Shown here: one piece after another, positions 18,538 through 27,419 of the stretch
Layout: each line of letters begins with the position of its first letter
Numbering within the stretch: position 1 is the stretch's first letter
DNA from: a virus
Reading direction: 5' to 3' (one strand)
Virus record (IMG/VR): IMGVR_UViG_3300025699_000004
Length of the DNA: 64,000 nt
Position numbers and translations under genes: made by a program
The notes under the pieces: generated by a model
The model's database searches: none
What the model saw: the letters and a program-made list of their open reading frames with translations, nothing else
What the model was told of the DNA's origin: nothing

Positions 18538-19531
18538 TAGTCCAATTTATTTTATAAAGTTTTTTGCTTGTTACTAGAATTTTACAAAGATGAGAATAGG
18601 TTAAACCTAAATATTTAGCTGTTTTTATTCTGCTATTATTAAACTTAGGAAGGGCGTTTTTTATTTTTGGTATTATTTCATTATAAAAAAAATCTCTTTT
18701 TTTTGCTTTTGTTTTTTTTGAATTTTCAATTTTTCTTTTTTCTTGCTCTTTAGTTAAATTAGAAAAAGGTATATGCCCATTACTCATTAATTTTTTCATT
18801 GTTTTTTTTTGGATTGAAGATCTGATTTTTGTAGGCAAAATAGGAGGTTTTTGCTTTGGGAAAGGATATTCTTTATTCCAATCGACAGTGTATATTCTTT
18901 TCATATATGAATAAAATAAATTTCTAGAAATACCCATCTCTTTTGAAGCTTTTAGTCTGACATTATTATTATTTGTTAAAGCCTCTATCATTTTCTCCTT
19001 TACCGCATTCATCTCTTCCTTGTCCCATTTGACCCAATGACCTTTGTAGATCATACCTTTCCTATCCTCTAAGGCTCTCGTCTTTCCTTTTCTGTTTATA
19101 TGTGACCAATTTTCTTTACCCGATTTGAAGCCTATGGATAAAATATGATCAAGATCAGTTTTATTAAATCGATTTGTGTACCCTTCTTTTCTGATTATTT
19201 CTTTTTTAAATAGAACATTGTTATAATTAGGGAATGAAGCTTTTTTTATTTGCTCCCAATTCTCAAAACTTAACTTTCTATTTGCCTGGATTTTATAATT
19301 ACCATGAAACATGAATCCCTGAATAGCTTTTACCTTTATAAGGGGATCGTCTTTCTTTAATTTCTTAATTAATGTTTTTTTTGCAGAATCATACGATTTC
19401 GCTCTTATAAAAGTCTTAAAATCTTTTTCGACACCATCAGAATATTTTTCTGTATAATTTATATTCCAATATTGATCGAAAGGGAAAGTTTTTGATCGGA
19501 ATTTTTTTTGACAACTACTTCTTTTTTTCAT
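18488..19531 (-). CDS. unknown N-terminal domain plus two Fis-type HTH domains
   Basis: IEALTNNNNVRLKASKEMGISRNLFY and KNALPKFNNSRIKTAKYLGLTYSHL; N-domain similar to 20873-21298. Confidence 0.6.
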   Translation of the reverse strand: MKKRSSCQKKFRSKTFPFDQYWNINYTEKYSDGVEKDFKTFIRAKSYDSAKKTLIKKLKKDDPLIKVKAIQGFMFHGNYKIQANRKLSFENWEQIKKASFPNYNNVLFKKEIIRKEGYTNRFNKTDLDHILSIGFKSGKENWSHINRKGKTRALEDRKGMIYKGHWVKWDKEEMNAVKEKMIEALTNNNNVRLKASKEMGISRNLFYSYMKRIYTVDWNKEYPFPKQKPPILPTKIRSSIQKKTMKKLMSNGHIPFSNLTKEQEKRKIENSKKTKAKKRDFFYNEIIPKIKNALPKFNNSRIKTAKYLGLTYSHLCKILVTSKKLYKINWTNEYPTKYSRPQKIKII

Positions 19532-20009
19532 TTAATAAAATTTTAAGTTTTCTAATCATTTCTGATTTTGATCTAGACACTAAATTGACAGGAGTTTTTG
19601 TTTTTTGGGAAATTTCTTTAACATTATAACCTTTATTTAAATAATAATATATATTATATTGCTTTTCGGACAAATAAGCTTTCACCCTTTTATCTAAAGC
19701 CTTTTTTTCATCCGAAACTAAATCGTGAAAAGGGTCTGATATAATAGGAAAATCTTGATGTTCGAAATTAATATATCTTCTACCCCATCTCTTTTTGTTT
19801 TGTAAGTATTTTTTTATTTGAAAACGACAAATTGTAATAGCCCAATTTAAAAGTTTTTTTGAGCGATCAAATTCAAGCCTTTTTTTTATTAAAATTAAAT
19901 TTACATTTTGAATAATATCTTTAGCATCATTATTGCAATAAACCACACTATTTACATATTTTTCAATATTTGGTTGTATTATTTCTATCTGTTGATCAGA
20001 AAACGTCAT
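19515..20009 (-). CDS. ECF-type sigma factor
   Basis: DAKDIIQNVNLILIKK...FD...LNWAITICRFQIKKY (region 2); LSEKQYNIY...GYNVKEISQK (region 4); 164 aa. Confidence 0.75.
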   Translation of the reverse strand: MTFSDQQIEIIQPNIEKYVNSVVYCNNDAKDIIQNVNLILIKKRLEFDRSKKLLNWAITICRFQIKKYLQNKKRWGRRYINFEHQDFPIISDPFHDLVSDEKKALDKRVKAYLSEKQYNIYYYLNKGYNVKEISQKTKTPVNLVSRSKSEMIRKLKILLNEKKK

Positions 20010-20013
20010 AGAA

Positions 20014-20868
20014 TTAGTATTTCGTCTTTAGCCATCCCTTATACTTCTTTTTGTTAAAAATCCCCATAACTTGATGTTGGTGATACCTGCCCTTAAAAAG
20101 ATCGCAGATTTCTTGAGCTGTAAAATGCTTGGGTTTTTTAGAAACCATTTTGAATATTTTTTCAAAATCTTTTTGTCTTTGGCTATTAATTTTTCCTAAA
20201 TCTTTTTCCGAGGAAAATAAATCACTCATAGCTTTCATTCCTATTTCTATGTTTTCCCAAGAAGAATCTTCATTTAATTTTATTTTTATCCTAGCTCTAA
20301 GTTTATTTTTTAAATTTATGAAGCTTGCCGATATTGCTTGATGGGTTACGCCCATTTGATTAGATATATTAAATTGATTCTCGCCTTTCATTAAGGATTC
20401 TAATATTTTGACCTCTATTTCTGTAAACCAATTAGTGTAGTCCTTTATTATTTCAAAATAATATTCAATTTTTTGCTTGGAGTCAAAATCCAAATCGGCG
20501 TTTTCCCCGCAAGTTTCGCAAGCGATCTCAAAAGAAGTTTTTGAACCTTCTTCCGTATGGATTACAGAGTTGTTGCGCCGAGAAACATACTTAGAGCCTA
20601 GTTCTCGATAGTGATCCCATGAGGGGGCTTTTCTGGAATAAATACATACGATATATCTAAAACTCTCAAAAGAAAATTCATTAAACCCTTTTTCCGAATC
20701 TCTAAAAGAGATAATTGAGTCCATCTTTTTCATCAAGGTTAAATTTAAATTGCTAGCTATTTCCTCTACAGACAATACATTAAATGCTTTTCTGCCTTTG
20801 GAAACTAAACGGTGTAAATCATCTTGAAATTCCGATAGATATTTTAAAAATTTTTCTTGATCAGTCAT
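20014..20868 (-). CDS. sigma-factor-like protein B
   Basis: DLHRLVSK...EEIASNLNLTLMK; HTEEGSKTS matches FTEDGEKTS of protein A; HTH FTEIEVKIL...QFNISNQMGVTHQAIS. Confidence 0.6.
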   Translation of the reverse strand: MTDQEKFLKYLSEFQDDLHRLVSKGRKAFNVLSVEEIASNLNLTLMKKMDSIISFRDSEKGFNEFSFESFRYIVCIYSRKAPSWDHYRELGSKYVSRRNNSVIHTEEGSKTSFEIACETCGENADLDFDSKQKIEYYFEIIKDYTNWFTEIEVKILESLMKGENQFNISNQMGVTHQAISASFINLKNKLRARIKIKLNEDSSWENIEIGMKAMSDLFSSEKDLGKINSQRQKDFEKIFKMVSKKPKHFTAQEICDLFKGRYHQHQVMGIFNKKKYKGWLKTKY

Positions 20869-20872
20869 TTTT

Positions 20873-21298
20873 TTAAACCTCTTCTTTTATTTTTTCTGAG
20901 ACAAGGAATTTGAATAAAAAATTATTTTCATTGGGGAACGCACAATTTCTAATATCTTCCCAATCTTTAATAGTTATTAACTTTGATTTTGTAGTTCCGC
21001 CCTTTTTTACAAATTGATAATTTTTATGAAACATGTGACCCTTGAAGTTTTTGAAAGAAGTATTAACTTTATCTTTTGATAGTTTTTTCTTTAATATAGA
21101 TATGGCATAGTCAAAAGACCTAGCTTTCACGATTGTTATATATTCTTTTTCCCAAGAAAAATGATCGCATTCCGTAAAATAAATTTTCCAAAACTGATCA
21201 ATGGAGAATTTTTTATTTTTAAAAGAATTCTGTTTTAATTTATTATTCATCATCGAAATTACTGTCAACTTCCTGTTTGAAATTTGGGTTGTTTTCAT
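20873..21298 (-). CDS. stand-alone copy of the unknown domain found in 18488-19531
   Basis: DQFWKIYFTE...IVKARSFDYA...GHMFHKNY...WEDIRNCAFPNENNFLFK. Confidence 0.65.
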   Translation of the reverse strand: MKTTQISNRKLTVISMMNNKLKQNSFKNKKFSIDQFWKIYFTECDHFSWEKEYITIVKARSFDYAISILKKKLSKDKVNTSFKNFKGHMFHKNYQFVKKGGTTKSKLITIKDWEDIRNCAFPNENNFLFKFLVSEKIKEEV

Positions 21299-21479
21299 AC
21301 TCTCCTACAGACCTTCCTATTTTAAATGCATATTTATCTATAAAAAATACACAAATAGATATGCACCAAGGAGTTAATTCTGTTAATTCAAAGTTTGTAA
21401 ATAATAGCACGAAAATTATCAAATAAGGACAATATTTATTTGCGATATAATCAATAGCTGCGTAATCTGTTTCTTTCAT
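21243..21479 (-). CDS. hypothetical membrane protein
   Basis: 78 aa; two hydrophobic segments. Confidence 0.55.
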   Translation of the reverse strand: MKETDYAAIDYIANKYCPYLIIFVLLFTNFELTELTPWCISICVFFIDKYAFKIGRSVGEYENNPNFKQEVDSNFDDE

Positions 21480-21793
21480 TATTTTGTGTTGTTGTAGTCG
21501 AATTGATCTATTGCGGCGTGATAACCGTCTGAGTAACTAAGGAGGGAGTCTTTGTTCATACTTAATATAAGGGCATGCCTATTGCCGTCTCTGAAACCTC
21601 GATCATATTCTAATTTTAATTTATTAGTCTCTGTTCTGACCATATGGGATATTTCGTCTTGTTGTAACTTGAAGGAGAAGTTGTAATTATCTCTTAATAT
21701 TTTATATTCATTTAAATTTTTAATAATAGTATTTATATAAAAAGCTAAAAAAATTAAACAAGTGAACCAAATTATTCTTTCTTTATTGTTCAT
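21479..21793 (-). CDS. hypothetical membrane-anchored protein
   Basis: N-terminal TM segment; 104 aa. Confidence 0.6.
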   Translation of the reverse strand: MNNKERIIWFTCLIFLAFYINTIIKNLNEYKILRDNYNFSFKLQQDEISHMVRTETNKLKLEYDRGFRDGNRHALILSMNKDSLLSYSDGYHAAIDQFDYNNTK

Positions 21794-21809
21794 GGTGTAT
21801 GTTTTTATT

Positions 21810-21977
21810 ATGGAAAAGGTTGAAATAAAAAATAAAATTACGAGCGATTATATTATAGAGTTGTACGAAAAAGCAAAAACCATCAAAGATCCCACGAAAA
21901 AAAGCAAGGCGATGAAAAATATTAAAATTATGTCCGAGCATTTAGGCGAATATTTAGTTAGGAAAATTAAAAAATAA
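21810..21977 (+). CDS. small hypothetical protein (counter-oriented)
   Basis: MEKVEIKNK...; GTGTA at 21795-21799, 10 nt before ATG. Confidence 0.55.
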   Translation: MEKVEIKNKITSDYIIELYEKAKTIKDPTKKSKAMKNIKIMSEHLGEYLVRKIKK

Positions 21978-22335
21978 AATCATCATCTTTCTCTTCTTCT
22001 CGTTTTTCTTCGTATGGAGGACTCCAATAAACATCTTTAAATAAAACTAGGTCAATTTTTGTTGGAGCTATCCAATCATTAATTAAAGCTTCGAATTCTT
22101 GATTCGCATTGTATCTCCACTTGTCGGCATCTCTGCTACGATCATTTTGATCATCATCATATTGCAAATGATCGAAATCATAGACAGGAACTTCTATGCC
22201 CACTGGCTCTCCGAAAGGCACTGGTTCATTTGTGCTTTCGTAAAAGAATTCATTGTCTTCGCCAGCATAAACAACTTCTTTTGAACTTAGCGAAGCGAAC
22301 TTATCATCATCTAATATTAGTTTTATTTTATTCAT
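21967..22335 (-). CDS. hypothetical acidic protein
   Basis: Start moved to MNKIKL; track start lies within the promoter. Confidence 0.6.
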   Translation of the reverse strand: MNKIKLILDDDKFASLSSKEVVYAGEDNEFFYESTNEPVPFGEPVGIEVPVYDFDHLQYDDDQNDRSRDADKWRYNANQEFEALINDWIAPTKIDLVLFKDVYWSPPYEEKREEEKDDDFIF

Positions 22336-22342
22336 AATTTGA

Positions 22343-22371
22343 ATTATAGCATATTTATTTTTTAGAGTCAA
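22343..22371 (-). promoter_or_regulatory. sigma70-type promoter
   Basis: TTGACT-17 nt-TATAAT with TGn. Confidence 0.8.
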
Positions 22372-22576
22372 GCTTTTTTTGAAAATATATTCTAACTATA
22401 GCTTTTCTAACTACTGCAAAACTAAAAAGTATAGAAGAACTCCAAAGTGTAATTTGTAAAGCATTGAAATTTAAATTTAAGCAGAGTGCGATAACGATGT
22501 AATTAAGCGGAACCATTATTACAGTACCTAGTATAGTGTCTACAGTAGCCTCTTTAAATGCGTCAAGTTTTTTCAC
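22355..22576 (-). CDS. small two-TM membrane protein
   Basis: 73 aa hydrophobic; coupled to methyltransferase stop. Confidence 0.6.
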   Translation of the reverse strand: MKKLDAFKEATVDTILGTVIMVPLNYIVIALCLNLNFNALQITLWSSSILFSFAVVRKAIVRIYFQKKLDSKK

Positions 22577-23631
22577 TTCGTAATTGTTTTAACTATCTCA
22601 GCACACATCGTAGGAGGAAAGCACTCCCCCAATACTTTTCTAATAAAGCCTTCTGAATATTTATTTTTAAATTTATTTAAAAATTCAGGTGGCAAACCGC
22701 ATAAAATAGATAATTCCTCAACCGACATAACTCTAGCATCAGAATAAGTTCCGTCTATTAGTTTTTTGCCTGGATGAACATTATTTTGACTAGATATAGC
22801 TCCATTGCACATTGTGACAGTAGGAGAAGGTTTATCCCAATCTATTCTTTTATATGTAGTCATAAACCCTTTTATTCTTCTGCCATCTTTTTTGGGGTAA
22901 TGAATTTTATTATTAAATGCAGTTTGACCTGTCGGAGTGTTTTTCATCCAAATTATATGGTTAGAATTATGTTTTTTTGCATAATGCCAAGGTAAGTTGG
23001 ATTTTCTTTTAGATTCTAAAGAAGGTAGGTGCCCTATAGCATCTCTAACTGTAATCAATTCTTGTTGAGGCTCAGGATGCTTCCATTTTCCATTTCTAGA
23101 TATTAAACCTATAAACCTTTTTCTAGATTGAGGGGTGTTATAATCTTGAGCATTCAAAACCTTATGATTTAATTTGAAATCAGAAGGTAATCTTGATTTA
23201 ATATAATGAATCATATTTATAATTTTTCCGTCAATATTTAAATATGTTTCAGACATAGCTGGAACATTTTCAATCAACATGTAATCTGGAGAAAGATGAT
23301 TAAATACATCTAAAGCATGAGATATTAATGAATTTCTAGGGTCTTTGGGGTGCCTTTTCGCATTAGCGACACTCATCCCTTGGCATGGAGGTGTGGCTAT
23401 AATTAAATTTATGCCTTTATCGTCTATACCGCTCGAACAAAGATTGTAAATGCTTTGTTTGGTAGAATCTTCGGTTATATCTCCACAAACCACTTCGGCT
23501 TCGGGATGAAGGTCTTTATACATCAAACATCTATCGTTATGTAGCTCATTTGCCACACAGACATCAATGCCAATATTCTTTAAGTAAACATCGCCAAAAC
23601 CTACATTTGAAAATAAAGAAAGAGCTTTCAT
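22573..23631 (-). CDS. DNA (cytosine-5)-methyltransferase
   Basis: Motif I variant LFSNVGFG, catalytic PPCQ, ENV, Q-x-R-x-R, motif X LGECFPP. Confidence 0.9.
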   Translation of the reverse strand: MKALSLFSNVGFGDVYLKNIGIDVCVANELHNDRCLMYKDLHPEAEVVCGDITEDSTKQSIYNLCSSGIDDKGINLIIATPPCQGMSVANAKRHPKDPRNSLISHALDVFNHLSPDYMLIENVPAMSETYLNIDGKIINMIHYIKSRLPSDFKLNHKVLNAQDYNTPQSRKRFIGLISRNGKWKHPEPQQELITVRDAIGHLPSLESKRKSNLPWHYAKKHNSNHIIWMKNTPTGQTAFNNKIHYPKKDGRRIKGFMTTYKRIDWDKPSPTVTMCNGAISSQNNVHPGKKLIDGTYSDARVMSVEELSILCGLPPEFLNKFKNKYSEGFIRKVLGECFPPTMCAEIVKTITK

Positions 23632-23639
23632 TAGCTCTT

Positions 23640-23668
23640 ATTATAGCAAAATAAGAATTACATGTCAA
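23640..23668 (-). promoter_or_regulatory. sigma70-type promoter of methyltransferase
   Basis: TTGACA-17 nt-TATAAT (consensus) with TGn. Confidence 0.85.
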
Positions 23669-24245
23669 GACTATTTATCGTCTTAATGTATTTTTTCCAT
23701 TTCAAAACTTGCTCGCATAACTCGTGAAATTCTTTTATGCTTAAATCATTCTTTGCATAGTTAGCTGATCGAGTACAGATCCCTAAGTTGGACAAGTCAT
23801 TAGTCCCCCCTTTTGAGGTTGGGATGATATGATCAAATTGGTATGTTTCAGGCTCATTTAAGTTTATAGGAGTTCCCGTTAAATAGCAAACAGGATTATC
23901 TCCGAATTTTTCCAAAACATCTTTTACGGTGAAGTTTTCAGAAATATTATTTACATAAGCATGAGTTCTTCTGTCTCTTTTTCTTTTTTTAAAAGTCTTT
24001 ATTTTTCCTCTAAATGTGTTTCTCGTAATTCTACTTTTGAAAGCACTAACTTTTCTACTCAATTTATGCCCGTTAGTTTTGTTTCTTTTTTTTACTCTTT
24101 CTTTTTCTGTCTTGTTTTCTCCACAATGATAAGATATCGTTGACTTACTACATCCTAACTCCTCTTGTATTTCGGAGTAAGTTTTACCTTGGCTCCGTAA
24201 TTTTAATATATCTTCTTTTCTCTTTGTGTTATTTTTTTTTCGCAC
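23658..24245 (-). CDS. HNH endonuclease with N-terminal HTH (putative homing endonuclease)
   Basis: GKTYSEIQEELGCSKSTISYH; CYLTG...DHIIPTSKGGTNDLSNLGICTRSAN. Confidence 0.8.
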   Translation of the reverse strand: MRKKNNTKRKEDILKLRSQGKTYSEIQEELGCSKSTISYHCGENKTEKERVKKRNKTNGHKLSRKVSAFKSRITRNTFRGKIKTFKKRKRDRRTHAYVNNISENFTVKDVLEKFGDNPVCYLTGTPINLNEPETYQFDHIIPTSKGGTNDLSNLGICTRSANYAKNDLSIKEFHELCEQVLKWKKYIKTINSLDM

Positions 24246-24729
24246 AATTATTTATAATGTCATAAGCCGATTCCTTACTTAACCATTTCTTCGCCACAAC
24301 CTTTTTGCCTTCCAAGTCTTTATAGTGAGCAAAAAAGTTTTTATAAATTTTCAAAAGAGTTTCTGGGGCATCTTTTAAGCTAGAGAAAAGACCTATATGA
24401 TTAAGGGGTATTGCTAATATTTTGTAATCTTTTTCCCCTTCGTCTTCCATATCCAAAACTCCGAGAACTTTAGATTCCACCACAGTCCCTCTTTCTATCG
24501 GGTTTTGGTTATATAATATTACATCTAAAGCGTCTCCATCTTCAGCTAATGTGTTGGGGATAAACCCGTAATTTGCTGGGTAAACCATTGCCGTGTTTAA
24601 ACTGCGATCATATTCAAAGTAGCCCTTTGTGTTGTACTCGTACTTTTGAGCGCACCCTTTGGGTATCTCAACAACAGAATTGATTATCATCGGGGATTTT
24701 TTATGAATGGGTAATCTATACAAGTTCAC
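24229..24729 (-). CDS. ppa: soluble inorganic pyrophosphatase (family I)
   Basis: EIPKG, KYEY, YPANYGFIPNTLAEDGDALD, DEGEKDYK. Confidence 0.93.
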   Translation of the reverse strand: MNLYRLPIHKKSPMIINSVVEIPKGCAQKYEYNTKGYFEYDRSLNTAMVYPANYGFIPNTLAEDGDALDVILYNQNPIERGTVVESKVLGVLDMEDEGEKDYKILAIPLNHIGLFSSLKDAPETLLKIYKNFFAHYKDLEGKKVVAKKWLSKESAYDIINNCAKKK

Positions 24730-24739
24730 TTATATAGTA

Positions 24740-24744
24740 TACAC
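24740..24744 (-). promoter_or_regulatory. GTGTA-class promoter motif
   Basis: AAGTGTATACTATATAAGTG; 10 nt before GTG start of ppa. Confidence 0.5.
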
Positions 24745-24760
24745 TTTAGAAGCTTTTTTT

Positions 24761-25141
24761 CTACCTATTTTCTACAGACATAATATCCCAGAGTAAATGA
24801 GAAAACAATTCTTCGTCAGATATGTTAATACTATTATCTATTTCAATAAGACAGAGGTTGTCAAGAGAGCTGAAATTCAATGTGTAATAATTTTTACTGA
24901 TAGTTTCGTATATATAAATATCAATAACATTAGAATCTATACGTCTAACTTTTATGAGTTTACCTTCGATTTCTTTTGAATTGTTTTCTTTTTTAAAATT
25001 AGAGTGAAGTTGACGAAAATAAAGATCCAATTTAATTATTGAGTCTTTGTCGTATTGACGATTTCCTTTTATGTAGTTTTTATAAATGCAATTGAAAACT
25101 TTTTTGTAATCAGTCGATTGAGCTAAAATCTTAATGTTCAT
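24761..25141 (-). CDS. hypothetical protein
   Basis: 126 aa. Confidence 0.6.
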   Translation of the reverse strand: MNIKILAQSTDYKKVFNCIYKNYIKGNRQYDKDSIIKLDLYFRQLHSNFKKENNSKEIEGKLIKVRRIDSNVIDIYIYETISKNYYTLNFSSLDNLCLIEIDNSINISDEELFSHLLWDIMSVENR

Positions 25142-25143
25142 TG

Positions 25144-25641
25144 TTAAATTTTCGAACCTATCACGTTAGGCTTTACCCCTTTTTTGAATTTACCATCTGA
25201 AGATCTAGGGGTGTCAAACTTCCCAGACTCATCCTTTTTTGTCATTTGTAATTTTAAATTTTTGTTCCAAGGCGAGAATCCTTTTTTGAAAGTCCCATTT
25301 TTATTTCTTTTAGAATAATTTTTGATTCCGAATTCATCATTAACTTTGAATTTAAAAAGCTTTCCTTTGTGGTTTGGGTAAGAAAGTTTTAATAAAATAT
25401 CCCATTCTTTATCTGAGAATCTTTTGCCCTTGTAATTACTTTTATACAATTCATAAATTCTTATATTTTTTAATTCGTAAATAGGGAATTCCTTATTTAT
25501 TTTTATCAACAGGGTCTCTTTTGCTCTGTTTTTTTCGTTGGATTTTATTAAAGTTTTGTATTTTTCCCAACGAAATACCTTTAATTTAAAATAGATTATA
25601 AAAATTGAATCGCTTTCCATATATAATATATACGAAGCCAA
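25144..25641 (-). CDS. third member of the unknown-domain family, with NUMOD-like basic tail
   Basis: FIIYFK...YKTLIKS...AKETL...EWDILLKLSYPN...LFKFK; tail GTFKKGFSPWNK, GKFKKGVKPN. Confidence 0.55.
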   Translation of the reverse strand: MASYILYMESDSIFIIYFKLKVFRWEKYKTLIKSNEKNRAKETLLIKINKEFPIYELKNIRIYELYKSNYKGKRFSDKEWDILLKLSYPNHKGKLFKFKVNDEFGIKNYSKRNKNGTFKKGFSPWNKNLKLQMTKKDESGKFDTPRSSDGKFKKGVKPNVIGSKI

Positions 25642-25653
25642 TCTAATTAAAGC

Positions 25654-25684
25654 AAAAAAAAACCCTCTTTCGAGGGCTTTTTTT
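25654..25684 (-). terminator. Rho-independent terminator
   Basis: Minus strand GCCCUC-GAAA-GAGGGU followed by a U-tract. Confidence 0.85.
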
Positions 25685-25703
25685 GTGAGAAGTAAAATTT
25701 ACT

Positions 25704-25961
25704 TTACTTCTTCGTAGAGCATGATCCCGAACTAGAACCGCTACTAAGAAGGGCAACGATTAGAACTAGGGTTATTACTCCTGCTAGGCTAGCTCCTGGG
25801 CCGACAAACCCGTTTACTATGCCTTGTAGGTTTGAGATTACATCGATGGATGCATTTTCTCCAAACACTACTTGGGAGAGTACGAGCAATCCAATTACGG
25901 AAAGAAGTACGGCGCTAATGCCACAAATGGCACATTTGATTTTACTTGTTATATCATTCAT
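25704..25961 (-). CDS. small two-TM membrane protein
   Basis: Hydrophobic helices; GASLAGVITLVLIVALL. Confidence 0.7.
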   Translation of the reverse strand: MNDITSKIKCAICGISAVLLSVIGLLVLSQVVFGENASIDVISNLQGIVNGFVGPGASLAGVITLVLIVALLSSGSSSGSCSTKK

Positions 25962-25981
25962 TTTTTTTATTTGTTGATGAA

Positions 25982-26626
25982 TTAGAAGTTTACAGACAAA
26001 GAAAGACCTACTACAGACTCTCCATCAGAAATTAAATCTGAGTCAAAATAATCATACGACAATCCGAGCGTGGAATTTTCCGACACAGACTTGGAGGCAA
26101 TAACTCCTAGTCCGTAATAATCTTCATTAATTGAAGATGTCACGTCCGTATTTCCATATAATGCATGAAAACAAAGATCCGCAATTTCATTATCCACTCC
26201 ATGTTTTACAGATAATTCGAATGTATACAAATCATCACTTGTATTCCTATATACAGTAAGTGTTGGAGAAAGAACAGAACTCAACCCTAACGATACTCTC
26301 GCATCTAAATTAGAATCTCCAGCCACTTCTTCAAAGTGCTCCAATCCAATGTACACATTAAGTAGATCAGATAACTGCTTAGATGCTCCAGCTTCCATTA
26401 GGTAAGAGTCAGACCCCCCTGCTGTTGGTTGGTTCGTTGAGACTCCTGCGGAAGCTCTCAAGCCAGCCAAATCCGAACCTACAGATAGAGACGACTGAAC
26501 TGACTCCGAAGAAATTACAGCCCCCCTTCTGAAATAATCAGATGCATACCCTACAGATAAAGAACCTGCAATGGCGACGTTAGAAATTAGACACAAAAGT
26601 GCCGTAATATATGTTTTTGTTTTCAT
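25982..26626 (-). CDS. outer-membrane beta-barrel protein (TIGR02001-like)
   Basis: Signal peptide; SVGYASDYFRRG; alternating beta-strands; C-terminal Phe (LSLSVNF). Confidence 0.7.
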   Translation of the reverse strand: MKTKTYITALLCLISNVAIAGSLSVGYASDYFRRGAVISSESVQSSLSVGSDLAGLRASAGVSTNQPTAGGSDSYLMEAGASKQLSDLLNVYIGLEHFEEVAGDSNLDARVSLGLSSVLSPTLTVYRNTSDDLYTFELSVKHGVDNEIADLCFHALYGNTDVTSSINEDYYGLGVIASKSVSENSTLGLSYDYFDSDLISDGESVVGLSLSVNF

Positions 26627-26650
26627 AGTTTACTTATTTATGTAAAAAAA

Positions 26651-26872
26651 TTAATCGTCAAAGAATCCTTCTTCTGGCTCAAATTCTATGTCCTCGCCTA
26701 ATAATTCAATAACTTTGTCATCTATAATACTTTTAATTTTTGAAAATTCAAGTTTTTTTTCCTCAAGTGCTCCAATTAAAGTAAAAGTATTAATGTCAAA
26801 CTCTTCTAAGTACCTTTCGCAAAGGTCATCTAAGTCAAATCTAAATGCATCAGTTTGTTCGTTAAAATCCAT
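26651..26872 (-). CDS. hypothetical acidic protein
   Basis: 73 aa. Confidence 0.6.
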   Translation of the reverse strand: MDFNEQTDAFRFDLDDLCERYLEEFDINTFTLIGALEEKKLEFSKIKSIIDDKVIELLGEDIEFEPEEGFFDD

Positions 26873-26897
26873 ATGATATAAATTATGTTACAATAAT

Positions 26898-27410
26898 TTA
26901 GTTTTTTTTCCAAATAGTTTTTCTTTTTATTTTTTTAATGTCAGAAGTTTTTATTAAGGCTATCTCTTCTTGATCTCTCCTTTGATATATTCTATATTTT
27001 GCTTCTGCACATGTTTTTACAAACTCTTTTTTTCTATCTATCGCTTTTTCGCACAAGTTTTTTAAAGATATCCTGTCAACGATCAAGAAGTAATCTTTCT
27101 TTTCAAATGCTATGTAATCACAATCGCCATAAAGCCATCCATGAAAGCCGTCTGCTGTTTTAAACTCAACCCAAGTCCATGTATCTGAATACGATTTATC
27201 GTAAGCACATATTTTTTTTCTAGCTTTTACATCTACGCCTTTTACAGAATCTTCTTTTTTTAGAAAATAATCTATTCTATTTTTTTTATTTTGATCTACA
27301 GTAGAACTTTTTATTTTAAAACCATTCTGGACAGCTAGAGCAACAAAAATTCTTTCAGCTTTATTGCCTATTTCTGCCGCGTTTCTTTTGTCGTATTTAT
27401 TTTTATACAT
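26898..27410 (-). CDS. PD-(D/E)xK nuclease-like protein
   Basis: GNKAERIF / IDYFL / VDVKARK arrangement. Confidence 0.55.
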   Translation of the reverse strand: MYKNKYDKRNAAEIGNKAERIFVALAVQNGFKIKSSTVDQNKKNRIDYFLKKEDSVKGVDVKARKKICAYDKSYSDTWTWVEFKTADGFHGWLYGDCDYIAFEKKDYFLIVDRISLKNLCEKAIDRKKEFVKTCAEAKYRIYQRRDQEEIALIKTSDIKKIKRKTIWKKN

Positions 27411-27419
27411 AGAGTTCTA

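Noticed and set aside
22573-24245. Type II restriction-modification system (methyltransferase + HNH)
   Set aside because: The methyltransferase has its own promoter and the HNH has a homing-type HTH-HNH layout; linkage alone is insufficient
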